Positions 22,568-35,700 of a stretch of 64,000 nucleotides of DNA are shown piece after piece; positions within the stretch are counted from its first letter, which is position 1; every line of letters starts with the position of its first letter. The stretch is from Macrostomum hystrix. Lineage: Eukaryota > Animalia > Platyhelminthes. The stretch lies in NCBI GenBank assembly GCA_950097015.1, contig CATNEN010000007.1, forward strand, positions 10,726,001-10,790,000, in the 5' to 3' direction. Below the pieces are notes generated by a model that worked only from the letters and a program-made list of their open reading frames with translations, did not search any database and had not been told where the DNA came from. The position numbers and the translations under genes were made by a program.

Positions 22568-25500
22568 CTAGTTAGCGGCCACATAGAAGTAGTTGTAGTT
22601 GAGGCGGTAGATCAGGTTCATGAGGTTTAGCCGCTGATTGGCGCAGTGCTCGGCGATGGCGTCAATGAGCTGCTTGAGCAGGCCGCTGAAGTTGCCCGAG
22701 AAGGTCAGCACCGTGGCTGCCAGGTCGGCGGACTCCGCTGAGCCGCCGTGCCGGGCGATGCAGTTGCAGAAGGTGACGCAGACGGCCAGCATTTTGTAGA
22801 GCAGCTTGAGCAGGTCCGGCTGCTGCAGCATGCAGTCTGACAGGCAAGAGGTCAGCATGTGCGAGTGCCGCTCGATAAGCTCGTCCAGGTTGCCCACCCT
22901 GGCCAGGCAAATTGAGAGCGAAAATTAGATTGACGGAATTGACTGCACCGGCAATAGCTGCTCCTACGATACTGGCTATAGCTGCTCCTACGATACTGGC
23001 TATAGCTGCTCCTACGATACTGGCTATAGCTGCTCCTACGATACTGGCTATAGCTGCTCCTACGATACTGGCTATAGCTGCTCCTACGATACTGGCTATA
23101 GCTGCTCCTACGATACCGGCAATAGCTGCTCCTACGATACTGGCTATAGCTGCTCCTACGATACTGGCTATAGCTGCTCCTACGATACTGGCTATAGATG
23201 CTCCTACGATACCGGCAATAGCTGCTCCTACGATACTGGCTATAGCTGCTCCTACGATACTGGCTATAGCTGCTCCTACGATACTGGCTATAGCTGCTCC
23301 TACGATACTGGCTATAGCTGCTCCTACGATACTGGCTATAGCTGCTCCTACGATACTGGCTATAGCTGCTCCTACTAAAATGTAGGTGAGTTAATCATAA
23401 CCAAATCACAAAGCTGATTCAAGTTGCACATGGCTCATTACTCACTTATCCAGCTGAGTCCACAGGCGATGCCAGGCCGGCTCGATGACTTCGAAGGTCA
23501 TGTAGTACTCCAGGTGCTGCACAAAGGTGAGCATCTGTTGGCGCAGCGCGTAGGCCGCGGTGACGCCGGCCCTGCTGTGATGCTGCTGCAGCCACACTGA
23601 GCCAAGCAGGCGCTCCACGTGCCTGCAGTAGAACAGGTGCCGGAACAGCATCTGGTAGCGAGTGATGGCGCGCCGGTTGATCAGCAGGCTAAGCGGAAAG
23701 TCCACCTCGATGTCCAAGCTGAAGGCCTCCAGCGCTGTCAGGCGGGAAGAGGCGGCTGCGTCAGTTGAGGAGAGGCCGGCTGGCGGCGCCTCACGCAGGC
23801 TGACCAGGGCCAGCATCTGACCGATGAGGTCGTGGGGCAGCAGGGCCACCCGCAGCCGATCCCGGTTGGGGTCGGGGCCGGCGGCGCTGGTGCGCACGGC
23901 GGTCTCAAGCAGCGACTCCAGCCGGCTGAGGGAGACGCGGCCGGCCTCGCGGCGCATCTCCGAGTCGGCCAGGTCCATGAAGTGCACGAGAAAGTCGCTC
24001 TGGTCCAGCAGGAAGAAGCGCTTCAGTGAGCACAGAAGGTCGCGCAGGCCCTTGTCGCGGAGCAGCCGCATGAGCAGGGCAGCGGCCTTGGCGTGGGCGT
24101 TCTCAAGCTGCTCAACGTAGCGGCCACCCTCGTAGGCGTAAGCGAGCTCCTCGGCCGGATAATCAAGGAGTGCCTCGCCGCACTGGGCCACCACATTTAG
24201 GTACTTGCCAGTGCTCAGCACCTTCTCGGCCATCGGCCAGAGGAAGCTGGGCACTCGCTGGCTGCACAGCTGGTAGCGGTTCTCCCAGTAGTCGCTGAGG
24301 GGTGGTTCGATATTAACACTCGTACAGTGGAACTCTTTGACCATAGAACATCCTAGTCCGACTCACTTGATGTACTCTCTGGTGAGCACTTCCTTGGACG
24401 TGGCCGTGTTCTCCGTGACCATGAACTCAGCGTAGGGATCGAGCACGCGGCCTCGGTAGACCCAGGTCTGAAGCATGTCAAAGAAAGGCCGGCTGGCAGC
24501 CCGGGTCAGGTGCAGCAGCAGGCGGTGCCGCTTGGGGTCGCCGGCCGAGGCGCAGGCCTTGTCGTGCAGCAGGGACAACACCGAGCCGCCGAGGCACTCG
24601 CCCTGGTTCACATCGTAGGCGATTTCGGCCAGGGTCTCCAGCACGCGGGCCGGCTCCTGCAGGCAGCAGTGCAGCCGGTGCAGGCGCAGCTGCCCGATCC
24701 GCTGCTGATGCTCCAGCTGGCACACCAGCACGCCAAGGTCCCTGCGGGCATTGGGCACGGCAAGGGAGGCTTCAATGTACAAAAACTTAAAATCGAGGAC
24801 TTAAAGATTTCACACCTGGGATGTAAGTCTAGATCCCACACCTGGGCTGGAAGGCTAGATCCCACACCTGGGCTGGAAGGCTAGACGGCCTCACCTCAGC
24901 AGGCCGGTGATGGCGCCGCTCAGCGCCTGATTGACCATGCCGTACTCGTAGGCGGTCTTGTCCTCGGCGAAGCGGGTCACGTCGGAGCGGTGGCTGCAGA
25001 CCGGCAGCAGCTGGCCAAGCATCTCCAGCCGCGTGGCGTCCAGGCTGTTATCGACGTCGAAACCGCGACGGTCGGCCCGCGAAGCCTGCGGTCGCGGCAC
25101 AACAAACGAGCCCTGGATTCGGTTGAGTTTTCGGAGGATTCTGCAGGATCCTCTTGGAAAAAGCCTCACTTGCTAACATTTACAGCATCTTCCAGCACGC
25201 GGACTTACCTCAACGCCGCTGAGCAGGCTGAGCACATCTTGAATTATCAGCTGCTCCTGCGCCTCCACTGGGTAGACGCCGATTCCGGGCGTCAGGCGTC
25301 GCGGTGGATCGTCCAGGACGAAGTCGGCGGAAAGGAACGGCCGGTCGTAGAGCCAGTCGGGCTGCCAGGGCACCTCGGCTGGCTCGGCCGCCGGCGTCTT
25401 CTGGCGCAGCGCCGCGGAGACCGAAGCCAGCGGCAGCGTTGAAGAGTCCGGCGCCCTCTGGCGAGCTTCGGCGTTCATGTGCGACGACAGTGCGGCCACA

Positions 25501-26390
25501 TTCAGCCTGGGCGCGGAGCTCGGCGCTGAACCGGCGGCTGGCGTTGGGCGCCTGGAAGCGGCGGCGCCGAACGCCGGGAGATTCACGGGCCCGGCAAGGG
25601 ACTCCATGCTGCGCTGGGTGGCCGGGTCGCGCTTGATGCGGGAAAGCAGGTCCACGAACGGGTCCAGCTCCTTCACGCTGAGCGAGGACGGTGGGGAAAG
25701 TGTTATACTCTAGCTAGATAGATGTCAGGCAGACTACTTCTAGTAGTATGCACTGTATCCGTTCTGCTCCAGCTTACTTTTTTATCTTGAGCTCCTCGTA
25801 TTTGCGATTGAACTCCTCAGCGTTGGGATTATTGTCGCTGAGGATTCGTTTGGCCCTGTGCGCGTCAGCCTGAGAAGGATGAAAGTTAGAAGGATAAGGT
25901 TTGCTCAAAGGGCAGCAATGCAGAAAAGGAATGGTCTTTATTCAGGCGTAATCCCAGATAAGGCTGAGCTCACCAGCAACGACTGCGCATTGGGCCGGAT
26001 CGAACGCTCCAGCAGATCAATGTAAGTGTCCAGCTCCACACTGGGCTTGTCAGCTCCAAGTCTGAAATAGAAAAAACTGATGCTTCACAATTGCTGCTGC
26101 TGTGGCACTGTTCAAACAATTACGCACTCGCTTTTAAAGGCTGCACACAGCTGTTCAGTCTGTGGACTGGGGAGGGCACAACAACCACTAAATTCTCACC
26201 CTAGCTGATGTTAAAACCCATTTTACAGTTGGGTGAAGCATAAGGGGATTAGGTATCTTGAACAAGGACAAATTGGCCAGAACCATTGAGATAAAATACG
26301 GAACATGGAAAAATTCTGCACTTACATCTGGGAAAATAAGCTGCTCACATGATGAGTGAGCTGCACTCTGGCATGGTTGATGTCTGCCAT
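22568..26390 (-). CDS. TUBGCP2: Gamma-tubulin complex component 2 (~828 aa); exons 26390-26326, 26061-25974, 25869-25778, 25677-25209, 25112-24895, 24741-24367, 24294-23446, 22898-22568
   Basis: N-terminus THHVSSLF...YIDLL...KYEELK...LDPFVDLL. GRIP motifs EYGMVNQAL, LGGSVLSLLHD, WVYRGRVLDPYAEFMV, KVLSTGKYLNV, FLLDQSDFLVHFMD, YYMTFEVIEPAW. C-terminal RLNYNYFY. All introns are GT-AG and keep the frame. Confidence 0.93.
22950..23375. repeat. 24-bp intronic minisatellite (gctatagctgctcctacgatactg)
   Basis: Visible tandem units in the last GCP2 intron. Confidence 0.92.
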
Positions 26391-27434
26391 TGATCAACTG
26401 CAGCAGATTAAATGAAGCCTTCTGAAATACAATGGCAAAACTAGATTAAAAATCCACTGATGTGCCCAGCAAATACATATAAACAGTACAGTATCGTATC
26501 TTAGCACTAAACTAGCAATTTTAGCCCCTCTCTGGGGAGCACAAGCAGAACTTTTAAATCGATAAATTACCCTTCTTTTTCAAGGAATGCCTAAAGTACG
26601 CTAATAAAAACATCAAAAAGATTTTTTTTAATTGAACTAACTGGTCCCCTCCATAAGCTGGCCCAAAACATAATATCCTCAGGGTGACATTGTAAGTGAA
26701 CTGTTTCCCCAAGTATGATAGAACCGACAGAACACCAGGCTATCAATATTCCCCCCTGCAAGAAATGTTTGAACCCCCTTGACGGCAAACCAATGCCCTA
26801 ATATATCAGAGAACTGATGTTACTCAGCCCAGAAGGCAACCAAAGCCCATCAGCAAGAAACCAATGCCTCCCATTACACACAGTACAGACATAAAACAAA
26901 TTAGTAAAAGTATAATAAAGGCAGAAAATTACTACAATATATAACACCAGTAAAAATTGTCTTTGGGCTAGTATCCATTCTAATTATCACTGACAGCAAT
27001 CAGATTGTTAAATATCTGAAATTTAGCTACATTGGTTTTCTGAATGCCACTTTTCTCAAGTTTTCTTAGTTAGCAAGTGTCTTGAAAACTTGGAAACTTG
27101 AAAATCATCTAAATCCAGATGACAACAAAATAATAGTACATATCACCATTGATTATAAGCTTTATCCATTAGTTTTATAGTTTTGTAATTTGTTTGTTTG
27201 GTAGCTGGTAAATTTCTAATCAATGTCATTGATAAAACAATGTATTTTTGCCCAACACAGTATGATAATCTTGCTTCCAAAAAACCACTTGCATGATGTA
27301 CTAGGCATATGAGGATATGTAGCTCACTACTAGTTATGTCTACTAATTAAATTGAAATTGAAATTTAAACCAATTACTATTTATTTGGTTTATGGCTTAT
27401 TATCAATTGTTAAAATAAAAATAAAAAATTGTAG

Positions 27435-28530
27435 GAGGGCTATGCACAATGAGACATCATTTAGTGACACTAGACCCAAAGTCAGCAAGGAGGCAATTCT
27501 GCCCATTTTGCTGACTCCTAAGCACATACACAGATACTGTATGTAAGCATACACTCACACAGTAGGGGCCTAGTATACATCTGCCTAATCTGCCCTGAGT
27601 TTCTGATTGTCAGGCAGTGTACACTTTCACTGTGCTTTGAAGGCTGGTGTACAAGGGTGTAAGTTACATGACAAGCCCACAAGACTTCTCTTTATAGCTA
27701 CACCCCAAAATGAATGTGGCCTTGCCAGAGACTTGAGCTTAAAGACCTTGGTACAAAACACAAACACTTTAACCTAACTGCTCTGCCACTCAACCTCCTA
27801 TTAGCTAATGTAATTCAAGCTAGGTTTTTGTGCCATATGTGGAGTGGCATGTCACATCAAATTTTTATTTGGCATTCTGAATTTCAACCTAGCTATAGGG
27901 CCTAATGCAAAAATGGCATAGCACCATGAATTTTTAGACATGGAATGAAAATGAAATTAGTAATGACAAGAATCAAGATTTAAATGTGCCCTAGGTCTAC
28001 CTACACTAATATTAGTTTAAGTATGAGAATTCATATTTCTCTTTTAACATTTAAATGCATTGTAGTAAAAATGCTTTCGGGAAATATCTGAAGGAAAACC
28101 TATACATTGTAGCATCTAGTAGACATATGGCTAAACATTTTTTGCTTTGACTGATTGATTTTAATAATAATAATAATTGCAGGAGGGCTGCGGGCAATGG
28201 CACATCATTTAGTGACACTAGACCCTCAGCTAGCGAGGAGGCAATTTTGCCCATTTCGCTGACTCCTGAGCACACACACTCAGATACTGTATGCAGGCAT
28301 ACACTCATACAGGTGTGTACATCTGCCCTGACTTTCTCATTGTCAGGTGGTATACAGTTAGGCCCTAACTGTGCCTTAGAGGTTGGCCCCCAAGGGCAGA
28401 AATTGCATGACTAGCCTCCAAGCCTTCTCTCTGTGGCTGCGCCCCAAATAAATGTGGCCTTGCCATGGAATCAAACTTAGGGACTGTTGTGCAAGAGGCA
28501 AACGCAATAACCACTCTGCCACCGCCCCCC
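27435..28530. repeat. Two diverged ~350-bp copies of an interspersed repeat (27435-27790 and 28180-28530)
   Basis: Shared blocks acatcatttagtgacactagaccc, cagatactgtatg, aatgtggccttgcca. Confidence 0.8.
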
Positions 28531-28859
28531 CAACCAGTTGATTTTACTCACAGTCACAGATCCTAAAATACACTAGACACAGTATTATTTTTCAGTTTTA
28601 CTTCACTTAGTTAATGATAAAGACTACATGATTCTAGAAAATTCTTGGATTTGGATTTGAAAAATTAGCTTTCTTGGATTTGCAGCGACTAGGCCTACTA
28701 ACATTAAAGTTAGTAGTTTCAGTTGAAAATATATGAATGATTTAAATTTCTCCATAACAATTTTTATGCTTGTGGCGAATAACTATAATTACTGAGTTTA
28801 GTGTAGTAGCGGTATTATCATCAGATTATAATATATATATTATATATATCCAATGGTAG

Positions 28860-29400
28860 GCCTAATCTCGCTTACACGCTCGCCGATCATGTGACCTATG
28901 CGCGTAGAAAATCGAAGGACCACTAGAAGAGAACTCTTCTTCTAGTGGTCCTTGAGAAAATCACGCATACGTTGCTTTTTAAAAGGACTGATATTTTCTA
29001 GAATGAGACAAAATAACAATGATAATAAGTAAACTTCTTAAAAATAAAAATATTAATCTTCTCAGCAGCTTTTAATGTAGCGAATACTATAAAATAGATA
29101 AATAACTAAACGAACCAATGTTACATTGCAACGTGCTGGAATCATCACCGCCAAAGCAGCATGACAGTACAGGAGTCATTTACCTGAAGAATCGACTTCG
29201 ATTTTTTCCTTGGTTATTAAAAAATTGAAGTAAAAATTCGACGTGTTGAGAACTTCAAAAGTTTTCAGAACGCAAACAAAAGCCGGGATATGCTTACATA
29301 GCATTACATATACTTAAATCAATATTTAATTTAATTTTAGCTTTTCAAAATTAGGCCTAGGCCTACCTATGCTTACGGCCATTCGTCCCATTACCTTAGG
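28860..29400. promoter_or_regulatory. Putative divergent promoter region for TUBGCP2 (-) and the zinc-finger gene (+)
   Basis: A CpG-retaining core in the middle of a CpG-depleted AT-rich block between divergent genes. Position-based inference only. Confidence 0.4.
28906..28962. mobile_element. 41-bp palindromic transposon remnant with an 8-bp target duplication (P-element-like footprint)
   Basis: agaaaatc + gaaggaccactagaaga + gaactct + tcttctagtggtccttg + agaaaatc. Confidence 0.65.
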
Positions 29401-31904
29401 CCTAGGCCCAACCCTTGTTTTTTAGCAAGCAATCTAAGTTTTTCTTGCAATAATTATTTCTTATGTCTAATAAATTTACACTGATTACTTTGTTTAAGCT
29501 TTAGTTAGCTGCTAGGCCCTGGCTATAGATTGTGGTTTATTGAATTTTTGTCAAATTGTTTGATGAATTTTCCATTGTCAAAATGTGTGTTTGACAAAGG
29601 TTCTAATTCCAAAGCAGATGTTGGACAAAGTTTCCCATAGAGCCCGACTTGGCAAAAATGTAGTCAATGGACTCAATGAGAACTTTCTGGTTATGACTAA
29701 TAGGCTAAAAACAACAAAACCAAAAGCCAAAAGTGACATCTTCCTGTGGTCAATTAAGTTGGCAACAGTACATGCTTAGCCCAGTCCAGTCTCTAGGAAG
29801 GTGTTGCTCTTTGGGAATGAGTACAAGGCCATCAAATAAAATGCTTTGTGCAAACAAATTATGTTATGCATTGTACTCTCTAGCTAACTCACCTTTCATA
29901 TACATAATTTAGCAAGTGGTCTCTCTCCCATGCATAGCAAGAAATTTGCACTGCACTCAACATGAAAAGTATATAAAAGTCTATTTAAGTTAGTCAAATA
30001 ACTAAAAAATCAACTGATCTTCTATCTGCACATTGGCATAGGTATGATAGGAAAGTGTTTAATTATTTTCTCAGTTTAGGGTAATGTATCATCAACCAAA
30101 CAAGAATGTGTATTTTTTTAACTTCAAACCTAAGCTACAGATTTTCTATTTAAGATATGATAATAAATCAAAAGCCAAGTTATAGAAAACAGTTACATCT
30201 TTCTAAAAAGTATCTGCTTTTGCTATTTTGACAAATAGAAAAAAAGTTATTCCTGCTTTTTATCTAAAACCGAACAATGATTTTCATGTATCTTCAAACC
30301 AAACAGAGAATTTGATGTTTGGTTTTACTATTTGAGTGAGTGGTTTAATCTTATTTTTAAGGAGTGATCTATCATGAATTATGTCATTTGAAGGCATTTT
30401 TCATGCTCTATAAATAACTACATTTATGGTCATTTAATTGGCAAGCAACCACATAAAATCTTCGTCTAAAGTACATACTGAAAAAATGTTGTTAAAAAGT
30501 ATGCTTTTGCAATAAAAATTTCTACTGAAACATCAATATCTTTTTTTCCTCTTAATGCTTCATTGCACATCATGCCTCAGCTTGTAGATAATTTCTTCAA
30601 CTTTCAAATTAGTTGTTCTGTGAAACACAATAGCTTGTTTCTGTCTTGCACAAGACCAAGGAAGGAGTCAAAATTCTTGTTCGGTTTTGAAGATACACTG
30701 TTCGGTTGATGATACATTACCCTAGTTAAAGCCAAGTTGACCAAACTTGTCTGCTCATGAATTTCACTTGCCAACAAATAAGTCAACTTGTCTGCTGGCA
30801 GTCAGATGAAGAGACTAGAACCCTTGTGGCAACCTCATCTGTGGAACTAGTCAGAGCTGTGGTGGTCTTGGTCATGTACTGTTTAAAAGTTAAAACTCCT
30901 AAAACATTTAAGTGTGAAAATTAATATATGCATTGTGAGCATTAGACATGTTAAATAAATACATTATATTGAACAAATATTTTTTGTTTATTCATTAAAA
31001 AGAATCTTAACTAGGCCTAATAAAAAATAGCAACTTACTCCTATGTTTTTCCATGGCCTTTTCAAACATATTTAGCTATGTTGTAATTATTTATGCCCTG
31101 TCAATGTCTTTTGGTATGAGACTAGAGCACATTTGTTATTTATTTAACATTAATACTGTATAACAAGAAATACATCCAACATTGTGGCCACTAGGCCCCT
31201 AAGTCTTAAGAAAAAAAGGAAATCTTATTTGAAAAAAAAAACAATTGTAATAAGACAATAATTACTTGAAATCATTTCCCATAATGTATGAATTATAAAA
31301 AAATAGTCTTATGTACTTTAAAAGCATTTTAGTTCTTGTCTTATTTAAGCTATAAATTATAAGTGCTACTTGTCTCTATCTAAAGCAAGTAAATGATAAA
31401 AGCATAGCTGTCTTTGTTTTTTCAGATACTTTTTATTGTTTTGAGATCTTGAAACTGGTCAGTGGCCACCAACAGATGCTTTTCAGCTTATAGATGTCAG
31501 AAAAGGGTAAGAATGTAGCTTTGTTACACATTTTGATTGTATTGCTAGGAGTATTTTTGACTTTTAGCTACTTGACTTGTAAATTGAGAGTAAGATAAAG
31601 TATTCCACATATTCAGTTGGGCCAGATATACAGCCAGTGGCACAGCCTCATTTAATGCATAGTAACTACATAATGCTTATTCAGTCCATGGACTGGGAAG
31701 CAGCAAGAAGCAGCACACCCATCCAAATTTCTTCCCTAGCTTTTATAGCTGGGAACTGAAGTGAACTGAAGCCTGAGGAGTAAGTGTCTTGCTTAAGAAT
31801 GCAAATTGCTTCTCTTGGGCTGAGATTGAACTCCTGGCCCAAGCTACAAGCTCCTTTTATGTAAAACTTAGTTTCATAAGTTTTAGCCTTGTGGCCTTGT
31901 AGAG

Positions 31905-32230
31905 GTAGAGGTTGTAGCCTTGTGGTTAGAGTGTTGGACTCACAGCTTGAAGGTCAGGGGTTCGATTCCACTGGAACATTCCACTGACTCCACTGGAACA
32001 ATTTGTGTCCTTTAGCAAAACACTTAACTCTGAATTGCTTCAGTTCACCCAGCTGTTAAATGGGTGCCAGCATTAGCTGGGATAATTGAAGGTGGGTGTG
32101 GCTTCCGCCCACCAGGCCATGGACTGATCAGCTGTATCCAGCCTTCAGATGCGCCACGCAATAGCTGCGTCTGTGCTGTCGGCTGCACATCTGGCCCAAT
32201 CGGACAGGTGTAATCAATTATTATTATTGA
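31905..32230 (+). mobile_element. tRNA-derived SINE with a CORE-like central domain; an inverted degenerate copy lies at ~31610-31850
   Basis: A-box-like tagccttgtgg, B box ggttcgattcc, central tgtgtcctttagcaaaacacttaac...cagctgttaaatggg, short tta tail. Related fragments at ~18040 and ~26140. Confidence 0.6.
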
Positions 32231-32705
32231 ATTAATTCGTTTCATAGCACCTGCTTGTCTTATTTACTGTTGTGGTCCAATATTTTATTTGTTGTGTCAT
32301 GGTAGCTTTAGCTAATTTTTTCAGCTTCTCTTAAACTGTTGTATAGATACTCAAATGGAAGCATGCCAGATTTCATTTCTCCTATAGCTACATAAAATGC
32401 ATGATTGACTGCACCCTTGTGCTTTTAGGGTAAACTATGGTATGTCGGTCAATATTGAGTTATTTTTTTTCACGAGTGATTGTCTTTCCGTGGACTCTCA
32501 TTTCTTCGAATTTATGAGTTCATTTTAAATGTCAGCTATTGTTGTCATGCCCGACTGAGCTTACAACTTGAGTTATTACTCTCATCCTTGAATCAGAAGA
32601 TGTTTGCTTCAAGCTGCTGCATGTAGCAATCCAGTTTAATTAGTTTATCTCCTTGGTTTTTTCTCTAGCCATCTGTGATTTGAGAACTGATTCGAGTCCG
32701 AATTC

Positions 32706-35700
32706 ATGCAGCGAAAAACTGCGACCAGAAAAGCTGCGTTAAGAAGACAGCAACAGGCAGCGGGCAAAGAGCTGCTCGGTGCCAGTAGTACACTCAACTG
32801 TGCGGCTCAGCAGCTTGCTGGCAGTGAGTTTCTACTCGATCCGACAAATTCTAACTTTAGACTGCCAACACTAAAACTTGTGTACTCACACGCGCCTGTG
32901 CTAATTTTTAAAAGCCTTGTTTATCTTGCAGTGGTTTGACAAAATGCGAATTAATATTCCTCAGCTCTAATTGGCAGATATTTATTTCTGAAAGCTACTC
33001 GCATGTTGGAGTTTCATGACTCAATTTCCATCCCGCAGACGAGGGCAGCATTCCGACTCGGATTCGCATCAAGTTGGGCAGCAACCCCACAGTTGTCGGC
33101 ATGCCTGTGCGCAATCAGAGTGACGCCACCGCCGATTCCGACAATAGCGGCGACTCGGAATCGGTCTCCAACCCGCGGGCTCGCAACCCCAACAGCCGGA
33201 AGCGCCGCATCGAGTCCTCATCTTCGTCCGCCTCTGATGGCGAGCGAAATCCTTCGTCCAAATCGGCGACGACACCCGCTGCCGCTGCATCTGCTGCCCC
33301 GACCGCTTGCCCGCCAGCTCAGCCGAAACCTCAGGCGGCCAACCCGAAAGGGAAGAAGGTGAGGCCAGCAGTTAACAGCAGTTAATAGTACAGATTTGCC
33401 CTATAAATTCCTTACTAAGAGGTTACGATTCCCTACCGACAGGCCTGGAGTTAGAATATGAGCTTGCTCCTACAAAACTAAGTAGCTTATTATCCCATAC
33501 AGTAGCCTCTTATCCACTGAATTGCAGCCCGAGGACAGCAAGGCTGCCGCCATTGCTCTGGCCATGAAGCGAGCCTCGTTAGTTCGGGTCCGCATGCGCC
33601 GAGTCACCGCCCTGCTGGAGGTCGAGCCCGACCTCGGCCTGCAGCTGCGAGTCAAGGCCTCCGCCTTCCAGCGCTATCTGGACGAGCAGCTGGCCGAGCG
33701 GTTGGCCCGCGGCGACCTGCCCGACGATGAGGATGACAGAGACGGAGCCAGCAGCAGCGGCGGCCGCTCCGTGCGACGTTCAACTCGGCGACGGGCGCGC
33801 CCGACCTACTTCAGCTACGTGGACAGCTCCGGGGAGGACAATGACGATCGGAATGACGGCGACTTTGACGCGTACCAGCCAGCGACCGAGGAAGCCGGCG
33901 ACGCAAGCGGATCAACTGTTAAGTGAGTCCGACGATGTCTATGCGCTAACCTACTCGCAAGCAGTACAGTTAGTGTGTGGCGAATGTTGCTGGTCTGAGG
34001 TGCTCAGCCTGAATGGCTAATTGGAATTGGCTTTCATTATTTCAGGAAGCAGCGCAACCGCTCTTCATCGAAGCTGCAGTCCAAGGAGCCACAACAGCAG
34101 CAGCCGTCAGCATCAGATTTGCAAAGTGGCCTGACCATGGCAGAGCTGCAGTGGTCTGTGTTCCCCTGCCTGCGCTCCTCTTCTGTCTTTGAGGCCTACA
34201 ACTACTGCAGGCAGCACGGCCTGACTATGCAACTACACAGCAGGCAGCCGCCCCCTATGTTCGATGAGAATGTGATCGCCATACTGCTCAAGACCTATCA
34301 GTACCAGTGAGTCCATGGACGGGTCTCAGTAGTGTCATAGAAGTGTCATAAGTTTCCTAAAATGTTTGATAGTGAGTGTCACCAGATGTGTCATATTGAG
34401 TGTCCAGAGATGTGTCATAGTGAGTGTCTACAGATGTGTCATAGTGAGTGTCTACAGATGTGTCATAGTGAGTGTCTACAGATGTGTCATAGTTAGTGTC
34501 CACAGATGTGTCATAGTGAGTGTCCACAGATGTCATAGTGAGTGTCTACAGATGTGTCATAGTGAGTGTCCACAGATGTGTCATAGTGAGTGTCCACAGA
34601 TGTCATATTGAGTGTCCACAGATGTGTCATAGTGAGTGTCCTCAGATGTGTCATAGTGAGTGTCCACAGATGTCATATTGAGTGTCCACAGATGTGTCAT
34701 AGTGAGTGTCCACAGATGTCATAGTGAGTGTCCACAGATGTGTCATCGTGAGTGTCCACAGATGTCATAGTGAGTGTCCACAGATGTCATAGTGAGTGTC
34801 CACAGATGTGTCATAGTGAGTGTCCACAGATGTGTCATCGTGAGTGTCCACAGATGTCATAGTGAGTGTCCACAGATGTCATAGTGAGTGTCCACAGATG
34901 TCATAGTGAGTGTCCACAGATGTCATAGTGAGTGTCCACAGTTGGCTTATTGGATGCTTTGCAGGGCCTGGCTGAACTCGGCCGGCTTCGTGGACGCGGC
35001 CGTCGGGTACAGCATCGAGGTGGGCTTCCTGACGGAGACCGAGAAGCTGTACCGAGGTCCCAAGTACGCCCCGGCTGGCCAGCTGCCGTCCAACTTTTTC
35101 GCCTGCGGCCTGTGCCAGGATCCGAACAATATCTTCGAGTACTTCTGCGACTGGGAGCAGCACTGGTTTCGCGAGCACCGGGCGCTCAGGTAATGTTTAG
35201 TATAGTGAAGTGTTTTAAATCAAGTTAACTGTGTTAACTTGATTTTTTTCATAGCTACTGCTGTCAGTAGTCTGTTCGCTTTCTGGTTACATTTTTTCGA
35301 CTTGTTTTTTGTTCATAGCGTGGTATAGCGACATTTGAGTGATCTCACTGATTACAAATCCAACTCATCAACTTGCCGCCAGGCGCTGCGCGTGTGTTTT
35401 CTGTGACTTCACATGCGACCGCGTGTTGGGCATGCTGAATCACCTGTACCTGTTCCACCCGGACCAGCCCGTGCGGATGCGCGCAGCTGGCCAGTACTGC
35501 CTGGTACCGCAGGCTTTCTGGCGCACTGAGCAATGCCGCTTCCTCTGCCCGCACTGCGGCTGGGACGCCGACCGTGGCGTCGGCATCCGGCAACACCTGG
35601 AGGACTGCGGCTCCGTGTTCACTGCCAGTCTGTGCGTGCTGTGCAACTCCAGCACGGATACCGCCAAGGTTTTCATTAACCACGTACAGCAGGTGCATGG

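Noticed and set aside
22912-23385. (AIAAPTIL)n ORF
   Set aside because: 24-bp minisatellite lying antisense within a TUBGCP2 intron.
31910-31980. tRNA gene
   Set aside because: A/B boxes are present, but the cloverleaf is degenerate and continues into a repeat body, so it is a SINE head.
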